This document shows positions 1-15,860 of a stretch of DNA of 64,000 nucleotides, in pieces. Within the stretch, counting starts at the first letter, position 1. Each line of letters starts with the position of its first letter. A model generated the notes under the pieces. The model saw only the letters and a program-made list of their open reading frames with translations, was not told where the DNA came from and searched no databases. Source of the stretch: Eledone cirrhosa (taxonomy: Eukaryota); assembly GCA_964016885.1 (NCBI GenBank), contig OZ024744.1:59272001-59336000 (forward strand), read 5' to 3'. Position numbers and translations under genes: made by a program.

Positions 1-160
1 GTAAGTTTGTGGGTTCAAATCTCTAACTGAGTGGCACACTGTGTCCGTGGGCAAGGCACTTCCTTTTACATTACTTTAGTTCATTCAGCTGAATATGAGT
101 ACCAGCAATAGCACATAGGATGTTGGGGCTGGCTTCTCCATGTGATAAACTGATGTCACA
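1..160 (+). mobile_element. tRNA-SINE fragment
   Basis: B box GGTTCAAATC, CCGTGGGCAAGGCAC core and CAGCTGAATATGAGTACC, similar to the head of 36720. Confidence 0.55.
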
Positions 161-512
161 TTCAGGTTGCTTCCTATATTTAAAAGAAAAATTGCTTCCT
201 AGAATTAAAACTTCAATCACAGTATACCATGAAAATTTGGCTAAGCCTTCACAGTCCCCTCCAAAATCGCTTTGCTGTCGCATACGAGACTGCGGACCCC
301 AGTTTGGGAACCACTGCTGAAGTCATCATTAAATGTAAGAGGAAAGTGGCTGAGTGAGATATTCTGTTAGGTATTTTGAGATAAGGCAATATATATTTTT
401 TTAATAACCTCCAATACTAAGCACAGACATGGCACCTTAAGCAAGTGTCTTCTTGGGTTGACCAGTACCTTTTGATTAAAGCTTGGTAAACAGAAGCTGT
501 GAAGAAGCCTGT

Positions 513-549
<37 letters not shown>

Positions 550-1452
550 TTACATTTAGCCTTTTTGTTTTGTTTTTTTTGTATAACTTAGCAGTTTGAA
601 ATAAGTACCAGACACACTTATGTAACACAACAATTTAACCACGGCCTGGCAACACTTCAGCCAGTAGACCGTGCCTCCTGAAAATCTTAATTCGTTTGTT
701 TTATTTCTCTAGGCATACCAGCTCTACTCAACCTTTGTTAATAAATAACATAAAAACAAGCTAAAGTCGTTGTCGACATTCCTATCATAACTTTCTACCA
801 AACTGGTTACTCATGTTGCTATAACTATTACATCACTACTTCTATAACTCTGCTAAACTGGTAACTATAATAGGACTACTACATCTATATAATACTGCTA
901 AGATGGAGGAGTATATAAGTATGAAATGCTCCTTTAAAATATATATATACATCAACCACACATTCCTGTTAAAAGTGGTGGCACAGAAAAAAGAAAAAAA
1001 AAAAATTAGCAGTGATGTATATAAATGTAATAGGGCCACGTGTGTCATAATAATGATGTCAACAGCAGAAATAAGAGATGAAATGTATGTTCATTTTGCT
1101 GTAGCACAAAGTAATGTTTGTTAAATTGTATAGTTGAAGTTAAACATAAAAGGGTTACAAAAGGAATGTGGCATTGTGCCAGGCCCAAGGAAGGCCGACA
1201 TGCCAAAGTGCAAATCTCACTGTTACATATTGTTTGTGTTGGTCCTTCGGCGTTCAAGCAGCAAGAGAGAGATTTCTCGAATCGGCGCGGGAATTTTCCC
1301 TGCAGGGCGCGTAGAAATACATTCTCCTCCGCTGGCGGTCATTGGCTGGGCTGAGCCAAATAACGCACGGAGAATGTATGTGAGCCCGCGGAATGTAGGT
1401 CACTACAAAATCAAGCTTTTGAGTAACTAGTTTTACCTAGTATCTTGTAATT

Positions 1453-1590
1453 AAGGTGGTGAGATTGGCAGAGTCATTAGAATGTCAGATAGAATGTTTT
1501 ACAGTATTTGTTCCAGCTCTCTGCACTCTGAGTTCAAATCCTGTTGATGTCAACTTTGCTTTTCATCATTTTTAGGTCAATAAATAAAAT
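1453..1590 (+). mobile_element. tRNA-SINE (GAGTTCAAATCC...GCCTTTCATCC family)
   Basis: Degenerate match to the copies at 31704 and 22465. Confidence 0.65.
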
Positions 1591-3437
1591 ACTCAGGTTG
1601 ATATTTCTTCTTTTTTTTTTCTAACTTTCTCTCTCTCTGTCACCTCTCTTTGGAAGAAATTAGCTATGTTCAGACATGGAGAGGGATGGGCTCCACCAGG
1701 TTTAAAATGCATCTATGTCTCCATCAGAAGTTAAGGCTCCATGGATGGTATGTCATGGAGATAGTAATTGCAGCATCTAGTGAAGATTCAACAATTTCTA
1801 TTGTTGTCATTGTCATTGTGTTTTATCCAATCCCTTGGGAAAGTGAAGCTTTGATGAAGCATTGATTTCATTAATTTTTATATTAGCTGTTTTACTATAA
1901 GTTGCCGCTTCTATTGGAAGTTGATACTGTCAGTCAATTGCCACACTTGGCAGAAGGATGTAGGATTTGAACTAAAAATGCATGGAGTCTAATTAGATAC
2001 TGCAAAACATCCTTTACAACTCTTTAACAATTCCACCAATCCACTGACCCTGGATTAGTAATCCATGCACTCTGAAATGATGAAAGGCAAAGTTCACCTC
2101 AGTAGTATTTGAACTTGGAGTTCAGTGAGCTGGACCAAATACAAAGGCATTTAATCGAATACTCTAATAACTGCCAATTCCCCATTATTTACATAAAATT
2201 ACATTATATATAACTTTATGTTGTATATTTTTGTAATTTGTCTACCTATTCTACTCTAACTATATATCTTTAATCATTTTTTAGTTGATTATGTTGTGTA
2301 CATTCTGTTTAGAATGATACTTACACCATATTTCTGTATGTTGTAAGAAGTGACTAAAATAGTTGGCACCAAGAAGGAATATTTGGCTGTAGAACATTGT
2401 CTGTAAAACATTTGGTTGTAAAACATTGCCTCAAAAAGGACCCCATAATGTGTATGAATTAGCAGGGAAAATGGCCTTAAAACACATGTATGTTGTTACT
2501 CTTTTACTAGTTTCAGCTACTAGACAGCAACCTTGCTGTGGGGTATTAATTTTAAGGGTTTATTTTAACTCAATTTCTATTTATTGAATTATTGAATTGA
2601 TGAGTTTGCCTTCAGTTACCTGTTTCAGAGAATTATATCCCTTGGGTAGTAAATACCACAAGGGAATTACACCAATTTACACAAGTGTAGACAAAAATCC
2701 ATATACACACAAACAAAGTTATAGGAATTATATTCACTATATTCTCAATTGCTCACATTACTCACTCAATGGTTTGAACATATTAACATGTAAAGCTGTC
2801 TCAGACTGCTAACAAAATGTATATTTGTAATGGGACGGTTGCACGTGGCTGTTGCGAACCTCAAGGTTTCTGCGAGTACAGACTGCTTTGACAAATGCAA
2901 CTTGCAATTAACAGTCAATTCTGCATTGCTTCTTCAGCAGAAATAATTATTATAGCGAGAGAGTGCAAAGCCATCTATCCATTTGTGGCATCAAGAAATT
3001 ACTGCTATAATGACTAAGATAACTGACAGCAAATAGTGATGGCACGCTTGGAAGATTGTTTGCTAAGGGACTGTGCCATAGCAGCAAATTCAAAATAAAA
3101 TCTATCGTGAATTTATAGCCAGTCTAGATCTCAACTGGCTGGAAAAAAAAAACAGAATTGCAAAGAAATACAGTGAGAATAGAATGATGAAAACACCATT
3201 TGCTCACATTTCAAGCTATTCTGTGAATTGTGAGAAAAAAATGGTCTATAGAAGAACAAGGTTATAGGAAATATATTCACTATATTCTTGGTTGCTCACA
3301 TTACTCACTCAATGAAATCTGGTTTGAATGTATTAGCATGCAAACCTGTCTCAGAGAGACCTAGGGCCAATCAGGGAACCAAGCAGAACCAGAATTACTT
3401 TAATTATTATGAGTAACTACCTTCTCTTAGTTGTTGA

Positions 3438-3880
3438 TGTGGTGGTGGTGATTATAATAAAAGGTAGTAGTAATGATAATTATAGTGATGGTGATGATAA
3501 TGGTAATAGTGGTGATAGTGAAGGTGTTTAATAATAATGGTAATGGTTATGATGGTGGTGGTAGTGATAGTGAGGATAATAATTATGATAGTGATTATGG
3601 AGACTATGTTGTTGGTGATGATAGTGATGGTGACAGTGATGGCGACAATGACTATGATGATGGTGACAGTGCTTGTGGTGATGATAGTGAGAGCAATGAT
3701 AATAATGGTGGCGGTGAGGGTGAGGGTGCCAGTAATGAAAATTATCAGAATGGTGAGAGTGATGGTGATGATAATACTGCTGGTGTTGAGGGTGCTGATG
3801 ATAATGAAGGTGATGATGATGGTAATAATGGTGCTGGCAATGGTGATGATAATGATGTCGATGGTGATTGTGATGGTAAT
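3438..3880. repeat. Degenerate (GAT/GGT/AAT)n low-complexity tract
   Basis: Triplet periodicity; G-rich on the plus strand. Confidence 0.9.
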
Positions 3881-4139
3881 TTTTTTTGTTTAAAAAGAAA
3901 ATGGAAGGTCACAAATTTATTAGGTTTGGTTGGAGAGAGGAAATGAGATTAGGTGATGTTCAAGCCTTTTACCTACCACAACAATATTTGATGAAGCAAA
4001 TGAAATGACAGTGAGAGATGACTACAAGAAATTGGGTGGATTTAGAGCAGGGTAGGGTGAGGGTGGGTAAAGGAGGTCACCAAAAAACCAGGTCACAGAA
4101 TCAATCAACTTGCCAAGAGCTTATCTCAGCTGAACAATG

Positions 4140-6618
4140 AGTAACAACGCCATCACCACCACCCACCACCATGATCAACTCCATGATCATGGTGGTTATC
4201 ACAACCACCATTACCATCATCCACCACCACCGCCATCATCATCACAACCACGACTACCACCACCATCATCATCATCATCATCATCACAACCACAACTACC
4301 ACTACCACCATCATCATCATCATCATCACAACCACAACCACCCCAACCACCATCATCATCACAACCACAACAACCACCACCACTACCACTATCATCATCA
4401 TCACAACCACCACAACCACCATCATCATCACAACCACCACAACCACCATCACCATCACAACTACCACTACCACTACCACTATCATCATCATCACAAGCAC
4501 AACCACCACAACCACCATCATCATCACAACCACAACAACCACCACCACTACCACTATCATCATCATCACAACCACAACCACCACAACCACCATCATCATC
4601 ACAACCACCACAACCACCATCATCATCACAACTACCACTACCACTACCACTATCATCATCATCATCATCACAACCACGACTACCACAACCACCACAACCA
4701 CCATCATCATCACAACCACAACTACCACCACCACTATCATCATCATCACAACCACAACCACCACAACCACCACAACCACCATCATCATCACAACCACAAC
4801 TACCACCACCACTATCATCATCATCACAACCACAACCACCATCATCATCATCACAACCACAACCACCACAACCACCACAACCACCATCATCATCACAACC
4901 ACAACTACCACCACCACTATCATCATCATCACAACCACAACCACCATCATCATCATCACAACCACAACTACCACAACCACCACAACCACCATCATCATCA
5001 CAACCACAACTACCACCACCACTATCATCATCATCACAACCACAACCACCATCATCATCATCACAACCACAACCACCACAACCACCACAACCACCATCAT
5101 CATCACAACCACAACTACCACCACCACTATCATCATCATCACAACCACAACCACCACAACCACCACAACCACCATCATCATCACAACCACAACTACCACC
5201 ACCACTATCATCATCATCACAACCACAACCACCACAACCACCACAACCACCATCATCATCACAAGCACAACTACCACCACCACTATCATCATCATCACAA
5301 CCACAACCACCACAACCACCACAACCACCATCATCATCACAACCACAACTACCACCACCACTATCATCATCATCACAACCACAACCACCACAACCACCAC
5401 AACCACCATCATCATCACAAGCACAACTACCACCACCACTATCATCATCATCACAACCACAACCACCACAACCACCACAACCACCATCATCATCACAACC
5501 ACAACTACCACCACCACTATCATCATCATCACAACCACAACCACCACAACCACCACAACCACCATCATCATCACAACCACCACCACTACTATCATCATCA
5601 CAACCACCATCATCATCACAACCACAACCACCACTACCACCATCATCATCATCACAACCACAACCACCACAACCATCATCATCACAACCACAACCACCAC
5701 TACCACCATCATCATCATCACAACCACAACCACCACAACCATCATCATCACAACCACAACTACCACCACCACTATCATCATCATCACAACCACAACTACC
5801 ACAACCACCATCATCATCATCACAACCACAACCACCACTACCACCATCATCATCATCACAACCACAACCACCACTACCACTATCATCATCATCACAACCA
5901 CAACTACCACTATCATCATCACAACCACAACTACCACAACCACCATCATCATCATCGCAACCACAACCACCACAACCATCATCATCACAACCACAACTAC
6001 CACTACCACTATCATCATCATCACAACCACAACTACCACTATCATCATCATTACAACCACAACTACCACAACCACCATCATCATCATCACAACCACAACT
6101 ACCACTACCACCATCATCATCATCGCAACCACAACCACCACAACCATCATCATCACAACCACAACTACCACAACCACCACCATCATCATCACAACCACAA
6201 CTACCACTATCATCATCATTACAACCACAACTACCACAACCACCATCATCATCATCACAACCACAACTACCACTACCACCATCATCATCATCGCAACCAC
6301 AACCACCACAACCATCATCATCACAACCACAACTACCACAACCACCACCATCATCATCACAACCACGACTACCACCACTATCATCGCAACCACAACCACC
6401 ACAACCATCATCATCACAACCACAACTACCACAACCACCACCATCATCATCACAACCACGACTACCACCACTATCATCACAACCACAACCACCACAACCA
6501 CCACAACCACCATCATCATCACAAGCACAACTACCACCACCACTATCATCATCCTCGCAACCACCACCACCACCGCCAACATCATCCTTACAACCATCAC
6601 CATGAACAACAACAACAA
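4140..6618. repeat. CCA/TCA/CAA/CTA triplet-derived minisatellite array
   Basis: Recurrent blocks CCACTATCATCATCATCACAACCACAACCACCACAA; almost no G on the plus strand. Confidence 0.97.
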
Positions 6619-6719
6619 AGTGTCCTGTTATATTTTCCTTCTCTCTTTCGGTGCCCTTGGGACAAATAAAGTTTTTACTTTTTCCTCTGAATCCACATTT
6701 GTCTCATCTTTCTTGGCAG

Positions 6720-9700
6720 TCCACTGCCACCTCAGCCAACACCACCAACACCAACACCACTGCCACCTCAGCCAACACCACCAACACCACTGCCACTACC
6801 ACTGCCACCTCAGCCAACACCACCAACACCACTGCCACTACCACTGCCACCACAGCCAACACCACCAACACCACTAACACTACCACTGCCACCACAGCCA
6901 ACACCACCAACACCTCAGCCAACACCACCAACACCACTAACACTACCACTGCCACCTCAGCCAACACCACCAACACCACTGCCACCTCAGCCAACACCAC
7001 CAACACCACTGCCACTACCACTGCCACCACAGCCAGCACCACCAACACCACTGCCACTACCACTGCCACCACAGCCAACACCACCAACACCACTAACACT
7101 ACCACTGCCACCTCAGCCAACACCACCAACACCACTGCCACTACCACTGCCACCACAGCCAGCACCACCAACACCACTAACACTACCACTGCCACCTCAG
7201 CCAACACCACCAACACCACTAACACTACCACTGCCACCTCAGCCAACACCACCAACACCACTGCCACTACCACTGCCACCACAGCCAACACCACCAACAC
7301 CACTAACACTACCACTGCCACCACAGCCAACACCACCAACACCACTGCCACCTCAGCCAACACCACCAACACCACTAACACTACCACTGCCACCTCAGCC
7401 AACACCACCAACACCACTGCCACTACCACTGCCACCTCAGCCAACACCACCAACACCACTGCCACTACCACTGCCACCACAGCCAGCACCACCAACACCA
7501 CTGCCACTACCACTGCCACCACAGCCAACACCACCAACACCACTAACACTACCACTGCCACCTCAGCCAACACCACCAACACCACTGCCACTACCACTGC
7601 CACCACAGCCAGCACCACCAACACCACTAACACTACCACTGCCACCTCAGCCAACACCACCAACACCACTAACACTACCACTGCCACCTCAGCCAACACC
7701 ACCAACACCACTGCCACTACCACTGCCACCACAGCCAACACCACCAACACCACTAACACTACCACTGCCACCACAGCCAACACCACCAACACCACTGCCA
7801 CCTCAGCCAACACCACCAACACCACTAACACTACCACTGCCACCTCAGCCAACACCACCAACACCACTGCCACTACCACTGCCACCACAGCCAGCACCAC
7901 CAACACCACTAACACTACCACTGCCACCTCAGCCAACACCACCAACACCACTAACACTACCCACCACCTCAGCCAACACCACCAACACCACTGCCACTAC
8001 CACTGCCACCTCAGCCAACACCACCAACACCACTGCCACTACCACTGCCACCTCAGCCAACACCACCAACACCACTAACACTACCCACCACCTCAGCCAA
8101 CACCACCAACACCACTAACACTACCCACCACCTCAGCCAACACCACCAACACCACTAACACTACCCACCACCACAGCCAACACCACCAACACCACTGCCA
8201 CTACCACTGCCACCTCAGCCAACACCACTAACACTACCCACCACCTCAGCCAACACCACCAACACCACTGCCACTACCACTGCCACCTCAGCCAACACCA
8301 CCAACACCACTGCCACTACCACTGCCATCACAGCCAGCACCACCAACACCACTAACACTACCCACCACCTCAGCCAACACCACCAACACCACTAACACTA
8401 CCCATCACCTCAGCCAACACCACCAACACCACTGCCACTACCACTGCCACCTCAGCCAACACCACCAACACCACTGCCACTACCACTGCCACCTCAGCCA
8501 ACACCACCAACACCACTAACACTACCCACCACCTCAGCCAACACCACCAACACCACTGCCACTACCACTGCCACCTCAGCCAACACCACCAACACCACTG
8601 CCACTACCACTGCCACCTCAGCCAACACCACCAACACCACTGCCACTACCACTGCCACCTCAGCCAACACCACCAACACCACTAACACTACCCACCACCT
8701 CAGCCAACACCACCAACACCACTGCCACTACCACTGCCACCTCAGCCAACACCACCAACACCACTGCCACTACCACTGCCACCTCAGCCAACACCACCAA
8801 CACCACTGCCACTACCACTGCCACCTCAGCCAACACCACCAACACCACTAACACTACCCACCACCTCAGCCAACACCACCAACACCACTACCACTACCAC
8901 TGCCACCTCAGCCAACACCACCAACACTACCACTGCCACCACAGCCAGCACCACCAACACCACTAACACTACCACTGCCACCTCAGCCAACACCACCAAC
9001 ACCACTGCCACTACCACTGCCACCTCAGCCAACACCACCAACACCACTGCCACTACCACTGCCACCACAGCCAACACCACCAACACCACTGCCACTACCA
9101 CTGCCACCACAGCCAACACCACCAACACCACTAACACTACACACCACTCAGCCAACACCACCAACACCACTAACACTACCACTGCCACATCAGCCAACAC
9201 CACCAACACCACTAACACTACCCACCACCTCAGCCAACACCACCAACACCACTGCCACTACCACTGCCACCTCAGCCAACACCACCAACACCACTGCCAC
9301 TACCACTGCCACCTCAGCCAACACCACCAACACCACTGCCACTACCACTGCCACCTCAGCCAACACCACCAACACCACTAACACTACCCACCACCTCAGC
9401 CAACACCACCAACACCACTGCCACTACCACTGCCACCACAGCCAACACCACCAACACCACTAACACTACCACTGCCACCTCAGCCAACACCACCAACACC
9501 ACTGCCACTACCACTGCCACCACAGCCAACACAACCAACACCACTGCCACTACCCACCACCTCAGCCAACACCACCAACACCACTGCCACTACCACCTCA
9601 GCCAACACCACCAACACCACTAACACTACCCACCACCTCAGCCAACACCACCAACACCACTGCCACTACTACTGCCACCTCAGCCAACACCACCAACACC

Positions 9701-12700
9701 ACCAACACTACCCACCACCTCAGCCAACACCACCAACACCACTAACACTACCCACCACCTCAGCCAACACCACCAACACCACTGCCACTACCACTGCCAC
9801 CTCAGCCAACACCACCAACACCACCAACACCACCAACACTACCACTGCCACCTCAGCCAACACCACCAACACCACTAACACTACCCACCACCTCAGCCAA
9901 CACCACCAACACCACAAACACTACCCACCACCTCAGCCAACACAACCAACACCACTGCCACTACCACTGCCACCTCAGCCAACACCACCAACACCACTGC
10001 CACTACCACTGCCACCTCAGCCAACACCACCAACACCACTGCCACTACCACTGCCACGACAGCCAACACCACCAACACCTCTAACACTACCACTGTCACC
10101 TCAGCCAACACCACCAACACCACTAACACTACCACTGCCACCACAGCCAGCACCACTAACACCACTGCCACTACCACTGCCACCTCAGCCAACACCACCA
10201 ACACCACTGCCACTACCACTGCCACCTCAGCCAACACCACCAACACCACTGCCACTACCCACCACCTCAGCCAACACCACCAACACCACTGCCACTACCA
10301 CTGCCACCTCAGCCAACACCACCAACACCACTAACACTACCACTGCCACCACAGCCAGCACCACTAACACCACTGCCACTACCACTGCCACCTCAGCCAA
10401 CACCACCAACACCACTGCCACTACCCACCACCTCAACCAACACCACCAACACCACTAACACTACCACTGCCACCTCAGCCAACACCACCAACACCACTGC
10501 CACTACCCACCACCACAGCCAACACCACCAACACTACCACTGCCACCTCAGGCAACGCCACCAACACCACTGCCCCTACCACTGCCACCACAGCCAACAC
10601 CACCAACACCACTGCCACTACCACTGCAACCACAGCCAGCACCACCAACATCACTAACACTACCCACCACCTCAGCCAACACCACCAACATCACTAACAC
10701 TACCCACCACCACAGCCAACACCACCAACACCACTGCCACTACCACTGCCACCACAGCCAGCACCACTAACACCACTGCCACTACCCACCACCACAGCCA
10801 GCACCACCAACACCACTGCCACTACCCACCACCTCAGCCAACACCACCAACACCACTAACACTACCCACCACCACAGCCAACACCACCAACACCACTACC
10901 ACTGCCACCTCAGCCAACACCACCAACACCACTAACACTACCCACCACCTCAGCCAACACCACCAACACCACTAACACTACCCACCACCAACACCACTAA
11001 CACTACCCACCACCACAGCCAACACCACCAACACCACTAACACTACCCACCACCACAGCCAACACCACCAACACCACTAACACTACCCACCACCTCAGCC
11101 AACACCACCAACACCACTGCCACTACCCACCACCACAGCCAACACCACCAACACCACTAACACTACCCACCACCACAGCCAACACCACCAACACCACTGC
11201 CACTACCACTGCCACCACAGCCAACACCACCAACACCACTGCCACTACCCACCACCACAGCCAACACCACCAACACCACTAACACTACCCACCACCACAG
11301 CCAACACCACCAACACCACTGCCACTACCACTGCCACCTCAGCCAACACCACCAACACCACTAACACTACCCACCACCTCAGCCAACACCACCAACACCA
11401 CTAACACTACCACTGCCACCACAGCCAACACCACCAACACCACTAACACTACCCACCACCTCAGCCAACACCACCAACACCACTGCCACTACCACTGCCA
11501 CCTCAGCCAACACCACCAACACCACTAACACTACCCACCACCTCAGCCAACACCACCAACACCACTAACACTACCACTGCCACCACAGCCAACACCACCA
11601 ACACCACTAACACTACCCACCACCACAGCCAACACCACCAACACCACTAACACTACCCACCACCACAGCCAACACCACCAACACCACTGCCACTACCCAC
11701 CACCACAGCCAACACCACCAACACTACCACTGCCACCTCAGCCAACACCACCAACACCACTGCCACTACCACTGCCACCTCAGCCACCACCACCAACACC
11801 ACTGCCACTACCACTGCCACCTCAGCCAACACCACCAACACCACTGCCACCACAGCCAACACCACCAACACCACTAACACTACCACTGCCACCTCAGCCA
11901 ACACCACCAACACCACTAACACTACCCACCACCACAGCCAACACCACCAACACCACTAACACTACCCACCACCACAGCCAACACCACCAACACCACTGCC
12001 ACTACCCACCACCACAGCCAACACCACCAACACCACTGCCACTACCCACCACCACAGCCAACACCACCAACACCACTGCCACTACCACTGCCACCACAGC
12101 CAACACCACCAACACCACTAACACTACCACTGCCACCTCAGCCAACACCACCAACACCACTAACACTACCCACCACCACAGCCAACACCACCAACACCAC
12201 TAACACTACCCACCACCACAGCCAACACCACCAACACCACTGCCACTACCCACCACCACAGCCAACACCACCAACACCACCAACACTACCCACCACCACA
12301 GCCAACACCACCAACACCACTAACACTACCCACCACCACAGCCAACACCACCAACACCACTGCCACTACCCACCACCACAGCCAACACCACCAACACCAC
12401 TAACACTACCCACCACCACAGCCAACACCACCAACACCACCAACACTACCCACCACCACAGCCATCACCACCAACACCACCAACACTACCCACCACCACT
12501 GCCACCTCAGCCAACACCACCACAGCCAACACCACCAACACCACTGCCACTACCCACCACCACAGCCAACACCACCAACACCACTAACACTACCCACCAC
12601 CACAGCCAACACCACCAACACCACCAACACTACCCACCACCACAGCCAACACCACCAACACCACCAACACTACCCACCACCACTGCCACCTCAGCCAACA

Positions 12701-12900
12701 CCACCACAGCCAACACCACCAACACCACTGCCACTACCCACCACCACAGCCAACACCACCAACACCACTAACACTACCCACCACCACAGCCAACACCACT
12801 AACACTACCCACCACCACAGCCAACACCACCAACATCAACACTAACAACACTAACATCAACATTACCACTGCCACTACCATTAACAATAACATCACAACC
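6720..12900. repeat. Minisatellite of CAGCCAACACCACCAACACCACT(GCC/AAC)ACTACC(ACTGCCAC) modules
   Basis: Tandem modules of about 27-39 bp over 6.2 kb; composition drifts along the array. Confidence 0.97.
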
Positions 12901-12929
12901 TCTGAACTCTGCCAGCATACCCACCACAT

Positions 12930-15860
12930 CCACTGCCAAACACCACCACAACCACCACTGCCACTATACCAATCACCACCAACACCACCACCACCACCAC
13001 CAGTGTTATCACTATACCAATCACCACCACCACCACCTCCACTGTCACCACTATACCAATCACCATCACCACCACCACCACCACTGTCACCACTATACCA
13101 CCACCACCACCACCACTATACCAATCACCACCACCACCACCACCACTGTCACCACTATACCACCACCACCACCACTGTCACCACTATACCACCACCACCA
13201 CCACCACTGTCACCACTATACCACCACCACCACCACCACTGTGACCACTATACCACCACCACCACCACCACTGTCACCACTATACCACCACCACTGTCAC
13301 CACTGTCACCACTATACCACCACCACCACCACTGTCACCACTATACCACCACCACTACTACCACTGTTATCACCACCACCACCACAACAACAACACAACC
13401 ACCACTACTACCACTGTTATCACCACCACCACCACAACAACAACAACACAACCACCACTACTACCACCACCACCACCACCACCACCACAACAACACAACT
13501 ACTACCACTGTTATCACCACTACCACCACAACAACAACACAACCACCACTACTACCACTGTTATCACCACCACAACAACAACACAACCACCACTACTACC
13601 ACTGTTATCACCACCACAACAACACAACTACTACCACTGTTATCACCACCACCACCACAACAACAACACAACCACCACTACTACCACTGTTATCACCACC
13701 ACCACCACAACAACAACACAACCACCACTACTACCACTGTTATCACCACCACCACCACAACAACAACACAACTACTACCACTGTTATCACCACTACCACC
13801 ACAACAACAACACAACCACCACTACTACCACTGTTATCACCACCACCACCACAACAACAACACAACCACCACTACTACCACTGTTATCACCACCACCACC
13901 ACAACAACAACACAACCACCACTACTACCACTGTTATCACCACCACCACCACAACAACAACACAACCACCACTACTACCACTGTTATCACCACCACCACA
14001 ACAACAACACAACCACCACTACTACCACTGTTATCACCACCACCACCACAACAACAACACAACCACCACTACTACCACTGTTATCACCACCACCACCACA
14101 ACAACAACACAACCACCACTACTACCACTGTTATCACCACTACCACCACAACAACAACACAACCACCACTACTACCACTGTTATCACCACCACCACCACA
14201 ACAGCAACACAACCACCACTACTAGCACTGTTATCACCACTACCACCACAACAACAACACAACCACCACTACTATCACTGTTATCACCACCACCACCACA
14301 ACAACAACACAACCACCACTACTACCACTGTTATCACCACCACCACCACAACAACAACACAACCACCACTACTACCACTGTTATCACCACCACCACCACA
14401 ACAACAACACAACCACCACTACTACCACTGTTATCACCACCACCACCACAACAACAACACAACCACCACTACTACCACTGTTATCACCACCACCACCACA
14501 ACAACAACACAACCACCACTACTACCACTGTTATCACCACCACCACCACAACAACACAACCACCACTACTACCACTGTTATCACCACCACCACCACAACA
14601 ACACAACCACCACTACTACCACTGTTATCACCACCACCACCACAACAACACAACCACCACTACTACCACTGTTATCACCACCACCACCACAACAACAACA
14701 CAACCACCACTACTACCACTGTTATCACCACCACCACCACCACCACAACACAACCACCACTACTACCACTGTTATCACCACTACCACCACTACTACCACT
14801 GTTATCACCACCACCACCACAACAACAACACCACCACCATACCACCACCATCACCACCACCACCACCACAACAACAACACCACCACCACTACTACCACTG
14901 TTATCACCGCCACCACAACAACAACACAACTACTACCACTGTTATCACCACTACCACCACAACAACAACACAACCACCACTACTACCACTGTTATCACCA
15001 ACACCACCACAACAACAACACAACCACCACTACTATCACTGTTATCACCACCACCACCACAACAACAACACAACCACCACTACTACCACTGTTATCACCA
15101 CTACCACCACAACACAACCACCACTACTACCACTGTTATCACCACTACCACCACTACTACCACTGTTATCACCACCACCACCACAACAACAACACCACCA
15201 CCATACCACCACCATCACCACCACCACCACCACCACAACAACAACACCACCACCACTACTACCACTGTTATCACCACCACAACAACAACACAACCACCAC
15301 TACTACCACTGTTATCACCACCACCACCACAACAACACAACCACCACTACTACCACTGTTATCACCACCACCACCACAACAACAACACAACCACCACTAC
15401 TACCACTGTTATCACCACTGCCACCACAACACAACCACCACTACTACTACCACTGTTATCACCACTACCACCACTACTACCACTGTTATCACCACCACCA
15501 CCACAACAACAACACCACCACCATACCACCACCATCACCACCACCACCACCACAACAACATAACCACCACTACTACCACTGTTATCACCACCACCACCAC
15601 AACAACAACACAACCACCACTACTACCACTGTTATCACCACCACCACCACAACAACAACACAACCACCACTACTACCACTGTTATCACCACCACCACCAC
15701 CACAACAACAACACCACCACCACAACAACACAACCACCACTATCACCACTGCCACTACACCCATCACCACCAACACCACCACCACCACCACCACCACCAT
15801 CACCACCACCATTATTTTCAGCAGCAGTAACAACAACAACAACAACAGCATTGAAAATTC
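12930..15860. repeat. Minisatellite of about 60 bp (ACCACTGTTATCACCACCACCACCACAACAACAACACAACCACCACTACT)
   Basis: Exact 60-bp periodicity at 14281-14520, where consecutive lines are identical. Confidence 0.97.

Noticed and set aside
3473-3946. Asp/Gly-rich 157-aa ORF
   Set aside because: It is the translation of a (GAT/GGT)n low-complexity tract.
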